64,000 bases of DNA, taken from a virus. The position numbers were made by a program, and so were the translations under genes. The stretch lies in IMG/VR virus record IMGVR_UViG_3300045988_144755; one strand, given 5' to 3'. Positions 17,114-27,307 of this stretch are shown here, in pieces; the stretch's first letter is position 1, and the number at the start of each line of letters is the position of its first letter. The notes beneath the pieces are model-generated. The model was not told the origin of the DNA. It saw only the letters and a list, made by a program, of their open reading frames with translations, and did no database searches.

Positions 17114-19128
17114 TGGCTGAAGAAGCTACTGATTCCACTCGCATCAACTGGTTGCGGGAGATTGAGGACATCCCGAAGAATGCCGTTGACCCTCTGGCTG
17201 ATGAAGTCATGCGGCGGTTCAATGGTGCCGTGGGGTGGCAGTCAACCGAACGGGTGAACGGCAAGAGCCTGCGGCAAGTCCTCCAGAATTGTTGGGAACA
17301 GCAGAACGGTGTGCTGAACTGCGCCGATGCACAGGCGGCGGAAGCTCTCGGTGTCGATGTCGTTATCAACATGACCGCGTTGAAGACGGACACGGCGAAC
17401 GCATTCCTTGCCGAGTCTTTGACTGCGGGCGATGCCAGCCTTCCTTGGACTATCATGCCGACGCCCCGCCCGGACATTTCCCCTGTGGCGAAAGAAGCGG
17501 TGTTGCAGGAAGTGAAGCGCCAGCTCTTTTCTCAGGGTGGGTACCAAGACAGCATGGCGTTGGTTTCCCATATCCAGCAGGCAAAGCAGTTGATGCGCCG
17601 CAGGGAAGAAGAGAAGGCAGCCAAGGCCGCGGATGAAATGATGCTGCTCATTGAAGACCAATGTGCCGAGGGCGGCTTCTCACGGGCGCTGACGGACTTT
17701 CTGCAATACTTCCCGGTCTATCCTTTTGCCGTTTTCGCCGGGCCTTACATCACGAGGGCCACCAAGCTGACGTGGGGCAAGAACCGTCCCCGGCTGAACA
17801 CTGAGGTTTTCCCCGTGTTCCGGGCAATCAGCCCCTTTGACTTCTGCTATTCGCCGGATTCCCCCGACACGCAGCGGGGGACGTGCGTGTTTACCCGGAC
17901 GCTCTGGACGCGGAAGCAGCTTCTGGATGCAGCGAAGATGAAGTCGTACCTGCAATCCAATGTGCTTGACGTTCTTGAGAATGCCGATGTCAATCCTGAT
18001 TTCAACCTGAACTGGCTCAGTCGGGAGCCGGATTCGTATCGGCGCAGCCTGTCTCTGTGGTCGTCCAATGTTGCCCCCATTGAAGTCCTGACGCACTATG
18101 GCGTGATGTCGGGACGGGAGCTCAGGTCGTATGGGTTCCATAATCTGGAAGACACTGAGTTCTACAACTGCGAGATTGCGATGGCGGGCTACCGGGTGAT
18201 TCAGGTGAAGGTCGTCAGCGACCCCCGGATGCAGACGCGGCCCATCTACACGGCGAGCTTCTACCGCACGGGCGGCGACCGCATTGCGGGCGACGGCATT
18301 GCGCAACGCATCCGGGACATTGAGCGGGCCTATCATTCCTGCCTGCGCTACCTGATGCGGAACGCGGCGAATGCGTCTGCGCCCTTGTGCGAGGTTGACT
18401 ACCGCCGGATGATTGCGCACATGAGCGATGAGGACTTGGGCCATGTCGTTCCGGGCCTGATGTACATGGTGGATTCCGATGCGAGCAACAGCGGGAGCGC
18501 CGCTATGCGGTTCTTCAACATCCCCTCCAATATCCCGGCCTACGCGCAGTTGATGGAAATGTTCATGCAGCTTGGCGACCGGGTGACGAACATCCCGGCA
18601 GCCCTGCACGGGGAAGCCGTGGGCAGCGGTGCCATGCGGACGTTCCGGGGCATGTCCATGTTGCAGGGGAATGCGACGAAGGCCCTCCATGCGGCGGTGA
18701 CGAACATTGCCAACGGCGTGTTCATCCCGCTTGGGGAAGCATTGTTCAACACGAACATGCTGTACTCGAACAACATGGACATCAAGGGCGATGCGCAGAT
18801 CATCACCAAGGGCGCTGAGGGCTTGCTCCAGAAGGAAATGCAGAAGCAGTCCGCAATGGAGATATTGCAGGTTGTCGGTTCTGTCGGCGCGCAGTTGGGG
18901 CAGATGGTGAACATTGCCCCTGTCGTGTCGTGGAGCATCAAGCGGCTGGTGAGCGCAATGGGCGTGCCGGATGATGTCATTGCCCAGATGGAACAGCCGA
19001 TGATGCCGCCGGGCATGTTGCCGCAGGGCGGTGCCCCGGTGTCTGGAGACAATCCGAATCCCAATCCGGCACCGCCGTCACCTACGGGCGCTGGTGTTGT
19101 TGCCGATGTTTCGGGGGGAGAAGCATGA
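17113..19128 (+). CDS. putative portal protein
   Basis: TAATG overlap with terL; 671 aa with a Pro/Gly-rich C-terminal tail. Assignment is by position only. Confidence 0.45.
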   Translation: MAEEATDSTRINWLREIEDIPKNAVDPLADEVMRRFNGAVGWQSTERVNGKSLRQVLQNCWEQQNGVLNCADAQAAEALGVDVVINMTALKTDTANAFLAESLTAGDASLPWTIMPTPRPDISPVAKEAVLQEVKRQLFSQGGYQDSMALVSHIQQAKQLMRRREEEKAAKAADEMMLLIEDQCAEGGFSRALTDFLQYFPVYPFAVFAGPYITRATKLTWGKNRPRLNTEVFPVFRAISPFDFCYSPDSPDTQRGTCVFTRTLWTRKQLLDAAKMKSYLQSNVLDVLENADVNPDFNLNWLSREPDSYRRSLSLWSSNVAPIEVLTHYGVMSGRELRSYGFHNLEDTEFYNCEIAMAGYRVIQVKVVSDPRMQTRPIYTASFYRTGGDRIAGDGIAQRIRDIERAYHSCLRYLMRNAANASAPLCEVDYRRMIAHMSDEDLGHVVPGLMYMVDSDASNSGSAAMRFFNIPSNIPAYAQLMEMFMQLGDRVTNIPAALHGEAVGSGAMRTFRGMSMLQGNATKALHAAVTNIANGVFIPLGEALFNTNMLYSNNMDIKGDAQIITKGAEGLLQKEMQKQSAMEILQVVGSVGAQLGQMVNIAPVVSWSIKRLVSAMGVPDDVIAQMEQPMMPPGMLPQGGAPVSGDNPNPNPAPPSPTGAGVVADVSGGEA

Positions 19129-19373
19129 TAGAGCATGGCCCGAAGGCCGGGAGCAAATGGTTCAAGTTTGCGGCATGGTTTGTGGATAACCTCAATTTTT
19201 GTGAGGGGTTCTACTACGGGACGGATATTCCCAAACCTGAGAATAAGTTGTACAACTGGTTCTACACTTACTGGTTGTGGCCTTGGAAACAAAATGACTG
19301 CATCTGCTGCAATACGGTACGCGGGCTGATGTATGGGGCGGTCATTGGATTCATTCTTGGGAGGTTTTTATGA
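19125..19373 (+). CDS. hypothetical protein (82 aa, Cys/Trp-rich)
   Basis: ATGA overlap with the portal gene. Confidence 0.4.
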   Translation: MIEHGPKAGSKWFKFAAWFVDNLNFCEGFYYGTDIPKPENKLYNWFYTYWLWPWKQNDCICCNTVRGLMYGAVIGFILGRFL

Positions 19374-19822
19374 GTTTGTATCCCCTTTGGAAGAACACCA
19401 ATAAGACGGAGTTCTCCAGTGTTTTCAGCGTCCCGCCCGGTCAGGTCTGCGTGCTTTTCGCCTCTGGGTTGCAGAAGTACAAGTACCGGGTAGATGCTTC
19501 CGAGGTGCAGGTGCCGCAGGTTTTCTGCGTGCGCCGACTGCTGCACAATTTCACATTCCCAGTGGATAAGGCAAACTTGCCCTGTGGTTGGATTTTTGAT
19601 ACCGAAAAATCAGGCGCTGATGAAATCATTGATGAAGTCGTCAGGTCTTGCTCTGACCCGTGGCAGTTGTCGATGTGCAGCAACCTCCGGGTTATTGGTG
19701 TCCCCGGTACATACCGTTTGGAACTCAATGACACTACGGCTATTGGTAAGGCGCAAGTCTTTGCCGAACTGTACAATGCAAAGACTTTCCCGATGCAGGT
19801 CAAAGACCTATTCTTTCTGTAG
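19370..19822 (+). CDS. hypothetical protein
   Basis: ATGA overlap with the upstream gene; 150 aa. Confidence 0.45.
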   Translation: MSLYPLWKNTNKTEFSSVFSVPPGQVCVLFASGLQKYKYRVDASEVQVPQVFCVRRLLHNFTFPVDKANLPCGWIFDTEKSGADEIIDEVVRSCSDPWQLSMCSNLRVIGVPGTYRLELNDTTAIGKAQVFAELYNAKTFPMQVKDLFFL

Positions 19823-19833
19823 GGAGATGAATT

Positions 19834-20220
19834 ATGTCGCAAGGTTGCGGAAGCATTGATTACCTGAACGGCGGCACCATGACTGGTGTGTCAATCCTGA
19901 ACTCTCAGGTTACGAACACTACCATTTCATCGAGCACCCTTGACAGCAGCACGATCTCGAACCTGACTGCCCTTGACGAAAAGTCTGCACAGGTTGTTGC
20001 TGATGCCATTGCCGCACTTCCGGCGGATAAACTGCAAGCCCTCGTCAATGCGCTGCTGGCTGCATTGACCCCCAAGGCGGCACCCACTCCGGCGCTCTCT
20101 GAAGAATCCGATGCGATTCCCACCGACATTATCGGAGCGCGGTCGTCCGTACTTGGCGACCCCGATACGTGGCTTGCCCTTGGCGAATACGTGGTGCCCA
20201 TGTACTCGCCGGATAAATAG
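19834..20220 (+). CDS. hypothetical protein
   Basis: GGGAG RBS; Ser/Thr-rich N-terminus. Confidence 0.45.
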   Translation: MSQGCGSIDYLNGGTMTGVSILNSQVTNTTISSSTLDSSTISNLTALDEKSAQVVADAIAALPADKLQALVNALLAALTPKAAPTPALSEESDAIPTDIIGARSSVLGDPDTWLALGEYVVPMYSPDK

Positions 20221-20228
20221 GAGGGACT

Positions 20229-20477
20229 ATGAGCAAGAAAGTTGCAGTTGCAGTGGTTACGGGTGTCGACAGCACCTTTGATGCCGCTGTGGAAAAAGCG
20301 CAAAACCCTGCCATGACGACCGCGGATAATCCTCTTGTCGCTAACTATCAGTACATGAAGAACGAAGCCGTTGTGGAGCGGAATATGGAACGCCTGCGCA
20401 CCGACGCGCGTATGCGTTTTTGTGGGCCGCATAGTGAAATCTATCGCGGCATCATGGACAATCGTTTTGGAGGTTGA
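20229..20477 (+). CDS. hypothetical protein (82 aa)
   Basis: AGGAGG RBS. Confidence 0.45.
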   Translation: MSKKVAVAVVTGVDSTFDAAVEKAQNPAMTTADNPLVANYQYMKNEAVVERNMERLRTDARMRFCGPHSEIYRGIMDNRFGG

Positions 20478-20479
20478 TC

Positions 20480-20649
20480 ATGGGTTGCCCTCGTTGTGGT
20501 TCCAGTCGTCCGTCCCGTCCGTCGAATCCCCCGTCCTCTCAGCAGCGCCCCGGCACTGCCCCGAACAGGCCGAATGTAATCAGTCCTACCAACAGCGCAC
20601 GGGACGCTATCTCCGGGCTGCGGTATGTACCTGCGTCGTCCGGGAAGTA
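20480..20649 (+). CDS. small Pro/Ser/Arg-rich ORF (56 aa), absent from the ORF track because it is under 60 aa
   Basis: ATG at 20480 with GGAGG 7 nt upstream; MGCPRCGSSRPSRPSNPPSS...; fills the gap between neighbouring genes. Confidence 0.25.
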
Positions 20650-20879
20650 AGCAGGAATTGTCCGGGCTGTACAAGGCCCTTGCTTCCAACGACGCCATCT
20701 ACATGCAGTTGATCAACGCATGGAAGGACAAGTTCGTTGAGGAGCATGAGCAGTGTGTGGCCCTTGCGGTCGCGGCATTATCCAATGAGAGCTTGAAAAG
20801 TCAGGCGCTTATTGCCAAAGGCAAGTGCGACATGCTTAAGGAACTCATTGAATTTGCCGAACAGTTCACCAATAAATAG
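20625..20879 (+). CDS. hypothetical protein (84 aa)
   Basis: ORF ending just before the scaffold gene; the start is uncertain (alternative ATG at 20703). Confidence 0.35.
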   Translation: MYLRRPGSKQELSGLYKALASNDAIYMQLINAWKDKFVEEHEQCVALAVAALSNESLKSQALIAKGKCDMLKELIEFAEQFTNK

Positions 20880-20890
20880 GAGCGAAAACT

Positions 20891-21961
20891 ATGTCTCAGG
20901 CAATGCCCGGCGGCACCGAACAGCCGCAGATTTCCAAAGCGTTTATGCGGGCTCCGTCCAATCCGTATTCTCGTATCGTCAACGAGAAGTTGCAGGCGAT
21001 GAATAACCAAACGGCTACCCCGCCTGCGGCTCCGGTAACGCCTGCCCCTGCGCCGACCCCGGCTCCGGCGGCTACCCCGCCCGTGGCTCCGGTAACGCCT
21101 GCCCCTGCGCCGACCCCGGCCCCCAACCCGGCTCCAGCGGCTACCCCGCCTGTGCCCCCGGTGACGCCTGCCCCTGCGCCGACCCCGGCACCTGCCCCAC
21201 AGCAGCAGACGTATGACCCTGCAATGGTTCACCAGCTCATGATGGAGCGGCAGCAGCTTTTGCAGGAGCGTGAGGAACTCGCACGTCAGGCTCAGGAACG
21301 CAACGACTTGGCTGCGGCTCTTGCGCAGGAACGTGAGGAACTGAGCAAGTACCGTCAGCAGCAGCAGTTGCAGAACGCATTGCCGAAAGACGTTTTCGAT
21401 TCTCTGGAATCCATCGACCCGGATGAAGCCAAGCGCATCACTGAAGCCGTGTTGCAGGCCACGCAGCAGATTGTCGCCCCTGTCCAGCAGGCGGTGTCAC
21501 AGCAGGAACAGCGGGCCAATGAGGTGCTCTTGCAGGCGCGTCAGGACGCGGCGCGGGCGCGGGTGGAGCGGCAAAATGCCGAGATCATGCGGGTTCATCC
21601 CGATTTCTTTACCATCCTTAATTCGCCGCAGTATGCCGAGTTCATGTCTCAGCGGGACGGCCTGTCCTCCAAGACGCTCGATCAGCGTGCGGCTGAAGAA
21701 TATACTATGGGGAACACGGCGTATGTCATTGACTTGCTGAACAAGTTCAAGGGCGCGAACGCGACTCCCCCCGTTTCCGAAACTGCCTATACTGTACCCC
21801 CTATCCAAGCGGCGGGCAGCAACGCAGTAGCGGCACCCTCGGCTGAGGAACCCAACTATTCGTTGCGTGACCTCAATAACCTTTACCAGACGCGGCGCAT
21901 AGGCCACGAGCAATACCTTGAAATGCTCAAACGGCTGCGGGCCGCGCCCACCTCGAACTAG
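20891..21961 (+). CDS. putative scaffolding protein (Pro/Ala-rich repeats + coiled coil)
   Basis: GGAG RBS; PPAAPVTPAPAPTPAP tandem repeats, then QLMMERQQLLQEREELARQAQERNDLAAALAQEREELSKYRQQQQ; sits immediately before the putative capsid gene. Confidence 0.5.
   Translation: MSQAMPGGTEQPQISKAFMRAPSNPYSRIVNEKLQAMNNQTATPPAAPVTPAPAPTPAPAATPPVAPVTPAPAPTPAPNPAPAATPPVPPVTPAPAPTPAPAPQQQTYDPAMVHQLMMERQQLLQEREELARQAQERNDLAAALAQEREELSKYRQQQQLQNALPKDVFDSLESIDPDEAKRITEAVLQATQQIVAPVQQAVSQQEQRANEVLLQARQDAARARVERQNAEIMRVHPDFFTILNSPQYAEFMSQRDGLSSKTLDQRAAEEYTMGNTAYVIDLLNKFKGANATPPVSETAYTVPPIQAAGSNAVAAPSAEEPNYSLRDLNNLYQTRRIGHEQYLEMLKRLRAAPTSN
21013..21195 (+). repeat. Three ~57-69-bp tandem repeats encoding (A)TPP(A/V)APVTPAPAPTPAP
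   Basis: Near-identical units at 21013, 21070 and 21139. Confidence 0.7.
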
Positions 21962-21971
21962 GAGTTGACCT

Positions 21972-22922
21972 ATGCTTCTGCAAAGTGCAAGCGGTTATCC
22001 GGGGATTGAAGCGTCGCCATTGGCGCGGATTGGGTACAGCGATGTCATTCTTTCCCGCGTCTATGAAGACGACTGGCTCCCCCGCGTTACGGCTTCGGAA
22101 CTGCTGGAGCCTGTGACGCAGTGCAATCAGGTGATCCAGATCATGCGTGCCCCTGAAGTCGGCCCGCTGCGTTCGTACCAGAAGAACCAGCAGCTTGTGC
22201 CGAACACCGTGGGTACGGATGCCCGGTGCCTCACCATCTGCAACGCGGGCTATCAGGACGTGAAATTCGACCTGACGGACATTAAGCAGGCGTGTGAAAA
22301 CTGGGGGCCTTTTGAAGAAAAGATGCTCGAAAGCCTGTACCAGTCCTACGTGGATTCTCAGCGCCGCTTCGTCCTTGGGCGCATGATGGCGCAGGTTTCC
22401 CCGCTGACCTCCCTTGGTGCCGCAGGCCGCCAGCATGACGTTGACCTTGGCTACCCCGGTTCCCCCCTGCACGTCACGCCGCAGAATCTTCCCGTGGTTC
22501 TCGCCAAACTCCAGCGCGTGCTGATCGAACAGAAGCGTTGGCGCGACGGCGAGATGTTCATCATTGTGCCGCCCATCCTTCGTACCTACCTTGCCATGTC
22601 GAACTATGCGAACTCCCTGTGGAGCTGCAAGTGCGGCGGCATCGTCAGCGGCATGTGGGATCATGAGCTGTTCGGCTTCACGCCCATCGAGTCCATCCAT
22701 GTTCCGGTGCGCCGTGACGAATCCGGTTCGCTGTCGTTCTACATCATCGCCGGGCACAAGGAAGCGACGGCCTATGCCTCGAACATCATCGAGTCCCGTC
22801 TCATCACCAACGACCCGGATTACTTCGGCGTCCGTTACCAGTACCTTGTGGCTTGGGGTGCGGAAGTTATCTACCCTGACGCTCTGGCGATGGGTTACTG
22901 GACTTTTGACCCCATTAACTAA
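21972..22922 (+). CDS. putative major capsid protein
   Basis: 316 aa ORF directly after the scaffold-like gene. Assignment is by gene order only. Confidence 0.45.
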   Translation: MLLQSASGYPGIEASPLARIGYSDVILSRVYEDDWLPRVTASELLEPVTQCNQVIQIMRAPEVGPLRSYQKNQQLVPNTVGTDARCLTICNAGYQDVKFDLTDIKQACENWGPFEEKMLESLYQSYVDSQRRFVLGRMMAQVSPLTSLGAAGRQHDVDLGYPGSPLHVTPQNLPVVLAKLQRVLIEQKRWRDGEMFIIVPPILRTYLAMSNYANSLWSCKCGGIVSGMWDHELFGFTPIESIHVPVRRDESGSLSFYIIAGHKEATAYASNIIESRLITNDPDYFGVRYQYLVAWGAEVIYPDALAMGYWTFDPIN

Positions 22923-22935
22923 GGAGACTTGAGCA

Positions 22936-23673
22936 ATGGCAAACGTCAACCTGTTCCGGGGCGGCACCCCGGATTACAAAGGCTGGATGTGTGAAGGGCA
23001 GTCGGCTGAATACCAGCCCCCGTTCGATGCTCCCCATGTCCCGTATACGCCCCCGTTCGACAGCCATGCCGATGGTGCCTATGGGCAGGGGTATCTGAAC
23101 CTGCAATTCCCTCTGGTTCCGAATCTGAACGACACCTACGGGCACCGCTGGATGCAGAACTTGCTCAAGGGCGTGAAGAATGTGAACGACATCATCTTCA
23201 CGAACTGGGTTCCCACCCGCGCCTATGTCGAATCCCTATACGTGGAAGTCACCCACACCGACGCCATCCTTGACGGCGTATACGTCACCCCCGTGGCGTA
23301 CCGGGTGGATTGGGATTTCACTACGGAAGAATATCTGTACAAGGAAATCACCGCGTTCACCGATGAGCTGACCGCTGCGGGCATGACGCAGTTGCCCCTC
23401 GGCACCCCGCAGGACGGCGACCGTCGCTACCTTATGGCGCGCCTGTCCACTGACGGCAGCAAGCTGCCCTGCACCTTCGGGCACAACATCGTGAAGCGGG
23501 ACAAGAACGGCAAGCCCACTGATGGGTATGACGAATACTTCGGCACGGTGCTGCTCGGCCTTCAGGTTGTGCAGGGCGATGCGGAAAAGATCGCCAGCAT
23601 CTGGAAGTCCAACATTGCCGTGTGGATGTCTGCCAAGCTCATGGCCTTTGAAGGTGCCACGCAGATCGGGTAA
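22936..23673 (+). CDS. hypothetical virion protein
   Basis: GGAG RBS; 245 aa, in the structural block. Confidence 0.45.
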   Translation: MANVNLFRGGTPDYKGWMCEGQSAEYQPPFDAPHVPYTPPFDSHADGAYGQGYLNLQFPLVPNLNDTYGHRWMQNLLKGVKNVNDIIFTNWVPTRAYVESLYVEVTHTDAILDGVYVTPVAYRVDWDFTTEEYLYKEITAFTDELTAAGMTQLPLGTPQDGDRRYLMARLSTDGSKLPCTFGHNIVKRDKNGKPTDGYDEYFGTVLLGLQVVQGDAEKIASIWKSNIAVWMSAKLMAFEGATQIG

Positions 23674-23694
23674 AAACCCAAAGGAAGGTTTCCT

Positions 23695-23886
23695 ATGGCA
23701 AACGTAGCGAACACCAAGCACACTGGCCCGGCGTCCAAGGACGCCATCTCCGGCGGCAAGAAGTTCCCCAACAGCGGGACGGCCCCCCGCGGCAAGGGCA
23801 CGCCGATGGACAACACGTCCAGCGACGCGCAGCGCCGCATCATGTCGATGCGGATTCAGCCCGGTGGCCTGACTTCCACGAAGTAA
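23695..23886 (+). CDS. small hypothetical protein (63 aa)
   Basis: AAGGAAGG upstream; Gly/Lys-rich. Confidence 0.35.
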   Translation: MANVANTKHTGPASKDAISGGKKFPNSGTAPRGKGTPMDNTSSDAQRRIMSMRIQPGGLTSTK

Positions 23887-23910
23887 CCTACAACTTTGGA
23901 GCGATGCGAT

Positions 23911-24411
23911 ATGTCACAGGTAGTCCCTCAGCCGCTTGAACGGAGTACCCCGGACAAGGTGTTTGATTTACCCAACGACGATGCCCGGATAGCGTACCTC
24001 AAATTCCTTGGCGCGAAGAATGTCGATCCCCCCTTGCCGCATTCCACACACTTGCGGAACAAGGTCAACGGGCGCATTCTGCCTTGGGATGAAATGTTGG
24101 CGGAACAGCGCGACATTATGGAATGTTGCGATGTTTATGGAAATACAGACCCTGCTGTCTGGGGGCCGCAAGTCATTGATGCTGCGGGCGTAGATACCGA
24201 TGAAAAACGCATCGCTCTTGCCAAGGCGCAGGAGGTTCTTTTGAGCCAGAGCGCCGGGCTTACGGAAACGCATCGGCTGGAGGACGCTCCGAGGAGCCTG
24301 TCCCCTCAGCCGATGGCGCTTCCCAATGATGCCGTCCCCTATGACGACATTGAATCCCTTATTGACCACGGTGCGGTGAAGAACCTGATAGCGATGCTGG
24401 AGGACAAATGA
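23911..24411 (+). CDS. hypothetical protein
   Basis: Second ATG (23911) has better GGAG spacing than 23896. Confidence 0.45.
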   Translation: MSQVVPQPLERSTPDKVFDLPNDDARIAYLKFLGAKNVDPPLPHSTHLRNKVNGRILPWDEMLAEQRDIMECCDVYGNTDPAVWGPQVIDAAGVDTDEKRIALAKAQEVLLSQSAGLTETHRLEDAPRSLSPQPMALPNDAVPYDDIESLIDHGAVKNLIAMLEDK

Positions 24412-25097
24412 TCGCTTCGTCGGTTATCGCTGAAGTTTCCCATGACCTCAACGACCAAGTGCCGGGGTACGAATACACCCGTTGGAGCGTGGAGCAATTG
24501 CACTCCTACCTTCGGGAAGCCCTTGTCGCTGTAAGCCACCAGTTCCAGAAGGAATTTGTGGGCATGGTCATTGTGGAACTGGAACCCGGCGGTGACTGGC
24601 AGAAAGCCTGCGATTGTTCCAGCATCGTGCGGATTGTCGGCGAGTCCACGAAGTCCGGCAAACTGCGTCGGTACCTTCGGAAGATTGCCGATGTGGAAGC
24701 CGACCTCTGGACGGGGGACATCTCGCACTGTCCCGCACGGGGGAAGGACTACGCCATTGATGGGTATTCCATCAGCGTCGTGGACGACAGCCTGTTCCGG
24801 GTCTATCCCCCGGTGCCGCCGAACGTGACCAAGTATGTCCTTGTCGAATGCTTCAAGGAGCCTGACGGGTACAGCTTGGATACGGACGTACCGGAGAAGC
24901 TGGTGGCGATGGTGAAGCAATGGATGCTGTACCGTGCGCTGTCGGTGGATTCGGAAAACAACCCGACGATTACGGAGCTGGCAAACACGCACCAGAAGAC
25001 GTACTTCAATTTGATGAAGGCGCTTCTGGAAGCAGAAGAACGTGAGAAGATGCTCTATGATGATTTACGAGCCGTTCAAAAAAGTGCCGATAAGTGA
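24408..25097 (+). CDS. hypothetical virion protein
   Basis: ATGA overlap with the upstream gene; 229 aa. Confidence 0.5.
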   Translation: MIASSVIAEVSHDLNDQVPGYEYTRWSVEQLHSYLREALVAVSHQFQKEFVGMVIVELEPGGDWQKACDCSSIVRIVGESTKSGKLRRYLRKIADVEADLWTGDISHCPARGKDYAIDGYSISVVDDSLFRVYPPVPPNVTKYVLVECFKEPDGYSLDTDVPEKLVAMVKQWMLYRALSVDSENNPTITELANTHQKTYFNLMKALLEAEEREKMLYDDLRAVQKSADK

Positions 25098-25707
25098 GTT
25101 CCATGAGGAGCTCAAATTTGAGTTTCCCAATCTCGCGCCCACGATGTTCGATTACTATCTGGTGCGCGCCGCCATCCAGATGGCGAAGACGGGGAACCTT
25201 ATCCGGCGCAGGGCCACGCTCAATGCGGAGCACTGCGTTACGCGGTACAAGCTGGAAGCGTTGGACGACATGGACATCTGCGGCATCCTGAGCATCATGA
25301 GCAAGCCTTCATGCAGCGGGTGCGGCCCGCTTGAAGTGAAGCGGGCGTTCACGGCTCCGAAGGACTACGAGTGCGTCACGAGGGAGATTGCATGGTACGA
25401 TGATCAGGAAGGCGTCCTCCATGTGCATCCCAAGTACACGCGCAACAGGTACTTCATCACCATGTCGGTAGCTCCCCGCCCCGGCGCGTGCGAGCTGCCG
25501 GAAGCGTACAAGACGCAGTTTCTCCCCACCCTGCTGATGGGGGCCAAAGGGCTCATCATGCTCATCCCCAACAGGCCGTGGTCGAATGTGCGGATGGGGC
25601 AAGGTTATTACAATGAGTTCCTCAAACTCATTCGCGACGACGCCATTGAAGTCGCTACACACAAAATGCGCGGGGCTATCAGGATGAACTTCGGCCCCGC
25701 CGTCTAG
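25060..25707 (+). CDS. hypothetical virion protein
   Basis: Overlaps the upstream gene end; the start is uncertain (25042 or 25060). Confidence 0.45.
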   Translation: MIYEPFKKVPISEFHEELKFEFPNLAPTMFDYYLVRAAIQMAKTGNLIRRRATLNAEHCVTRYKLEALDDMDICGILSIMSKPSCSGCGPLEVKRAFTAPKDYECVTREIAWYDDQEGVLHVHPKYTRNRYFITMSVAPRPGACELPEAYKTQFLPTLLMGAKGLIMLIPNRPWSNVRMGQGYYNEFLKLIRDDAIEVATHKMRGAIRMNFGPAV

Positions 25708-25716
25708 GAGCAGTTA

Positions 25717-25832
25717 TGCCGCGCACCGCGAAAAAGCCCGATGACAAGAAGAAGCCCGCCGCTGGCGGCAAGAAGCCCTTGCCGTTTGAAAAAAAGTCTG
25801 ACAAGAAATCAGGCAGCGGGAAAAAGAAATAA
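25717..25832 (+). CDS. lysine-rich micro-protein (38 aa; 14 Lys)
   Basis: GGAG RBS; MPRTAKKPDDKKKPAAGGKKPLPFEKKSDKKSGSGKKK; followed immediately by a strong terminator. Confidence 0.4.
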
Positions 25833-25842
25833 AGCCTGTAAG

Positions 25843-25877
25843 CGCCCCGGTTCCCGAATAGGGCCGGGGCGTTTTTG
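25843..25877 (+). terminator. rho-independent terminator
   Basis: CGCCCCGG-ttcccgaatagggc-CGGGGCG followed by TTTTT. Confidence 0.7.
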
Positions 25878-25893
25878 ATAGGAGAAGAACACG

Positions 25894-27303
25894 ATGGCGA
25901 AGAAAGTTTGTGACCCACGCATGACTGCAACCTGTGAGGAGAAGGTTCTCAAGACTCCGATGGAGACAGGGCAATGCCCGTCATGGGAACTTTGCTTGCC
26001 ATTCGCTGGTAAACTCATCTCCAAGGGCGGCTGCATTGAACTGTTGCCCGGCACCCCGCCGCCTGATGGCGTCTACGGCAAGGTTGTTGTGGCGAACGGC
26101 TGCATCGTCGGGCTGGAGAAAGCCGACATTCCCATCTACAGTGCGCCGCCCTGTGCCCCTGTGCCGTGTGATTGTGGAAGCGGTGGCGGTGGGGGGGACA
26201 TCTGCAACGCCTCCACTGAAGCGGGCAATCTGTTTTCTTGCGACGCTTCCGGGCGGCCTCTGGTCAAGCTCTGGATTAAGGGTGGGGATTCCATCAACGT
26301 CACCGGGAACGGTACGGCAAACAACCCGTACATCATTGACTTCACGGGCTCCACGGGCACGGGGGGCGTCTACATCCGGTCGGGCAACAATGCCATCACC
26401 GTTTCCGGCAGCGGCTCCACCGATAACCCCTATGAGGTCACGCACAAGAAGGGGTTGGAAGGCAAGTACGGCACGCTGTCCTTTGACGAATTTGGGCACC
26501 TCATTGAGTACACCCCCACTGCACAGCAGGACGGCATCATGGGGTTGAAGGAAGGCCGCGGCATCTGCATTGATACTGACGTGGCTACGGGCATCGCCAC
26601 GATTGGGTTGTGCGACCAGCGGTTCGACGCATACACGGGCACCGTTCAGCTTGGCGGGTTCAATGTCGAGATCAAGAATGGGGAAGTTGTTGATGTAACG
26701 CGGGTAATCAATCTCCCCGCAGGGACATACACGTTCGGCAAGTACGATGTAACTATCAATGAATACGGGTCTATTACGAATATAGTTGAACGGACAGCCA
26801 CGACTGGCGATGACTATATGGGTTGCGAATATGTGGGCATATGGAATCAGCTTATCAGCAATGACCCGGCCCTCGAAAATATGAACAACTATGTTCGTGA
26901 TTTCATATTGGAATTTGATGCTCCGAAAGATTCTCAGTGGGTATTTACCATAGACTACAAAGGTGCTTTTCTCATTGATGGTGTGCTTGTGAATGGAACC
27001 AATGTTCTGGTTCCTGCTAGTGGAAACTCTTCAGGTGCATTACCATTCCTGAAACTTACGGACGCATTCAATTTTACTCCCAGTGTTTCCGCAGATGCTG
27101 GCATAAGCGTATCCGTATCTGCATATTCCAGATACGTGTTCAGGCCAAACATGACGTTTGCCGCTGGACATTACGAAGTCCGGTTCCGGGTAAACACTGA
27201 TGAATACGTGACCAATTGGGTTCGCTTGCCGCAATTCGTGGCGTCGATCAAACTTGTCGGGAACGCGGCCCACTCCTTAGCTTGGGTTAACTCACGGGAC
27301 TAG
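25894..27303 (+). CDS. hypothetical structural protein (469 aa), Gly/Thr-rich
   Basis: GGAG RBS; the first gene after a terminator. GSGSTDNPY / GNGTANNPY repeats; possible tail or spike component. Confidence 0.5.
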   Translation: MAKKVCDPRMTATCEEKVLKTPMETGQCPSWELCLPFAGKLISKGGCIELLPGTPPPDGVYGKVVVANGCIVGLEKADIPIYSAPPCAPVPCDCGSGGGGGDICNASTEAGNLFSCDASGRPLVKLWIKGGDSINVTGNGTANNPYIIDFTGSTGTGGVYIRSGNNAITVSGSGSTDNPYEVTHKKGLEGKYGTLSFDEFGHLIEYTPTAQQDGIMGLKEGRGICIDTDVATGIATIGLCDQRFDAYTGTVQLGGFNVEIKNGEVVDVTRVINLPAGTYTFGKYDVTINEYGSITNIVERTATTGDDYMGCEYVGIWNQLISNDPALENMNNYVRDFILEFDAPKDSQWVFTIDYKGAFLIDGVLVNGTNVLVPASGNSSGALPFLKLTDAFNFTPSVSADAGISVSVSAYSRYVFRPNMTFAAGHYEVRFRVNTDEYVTNWVRLPQFVASIKLVGNAAHSLAWVNSRD

Positions 27304-27307
27304 TCCT

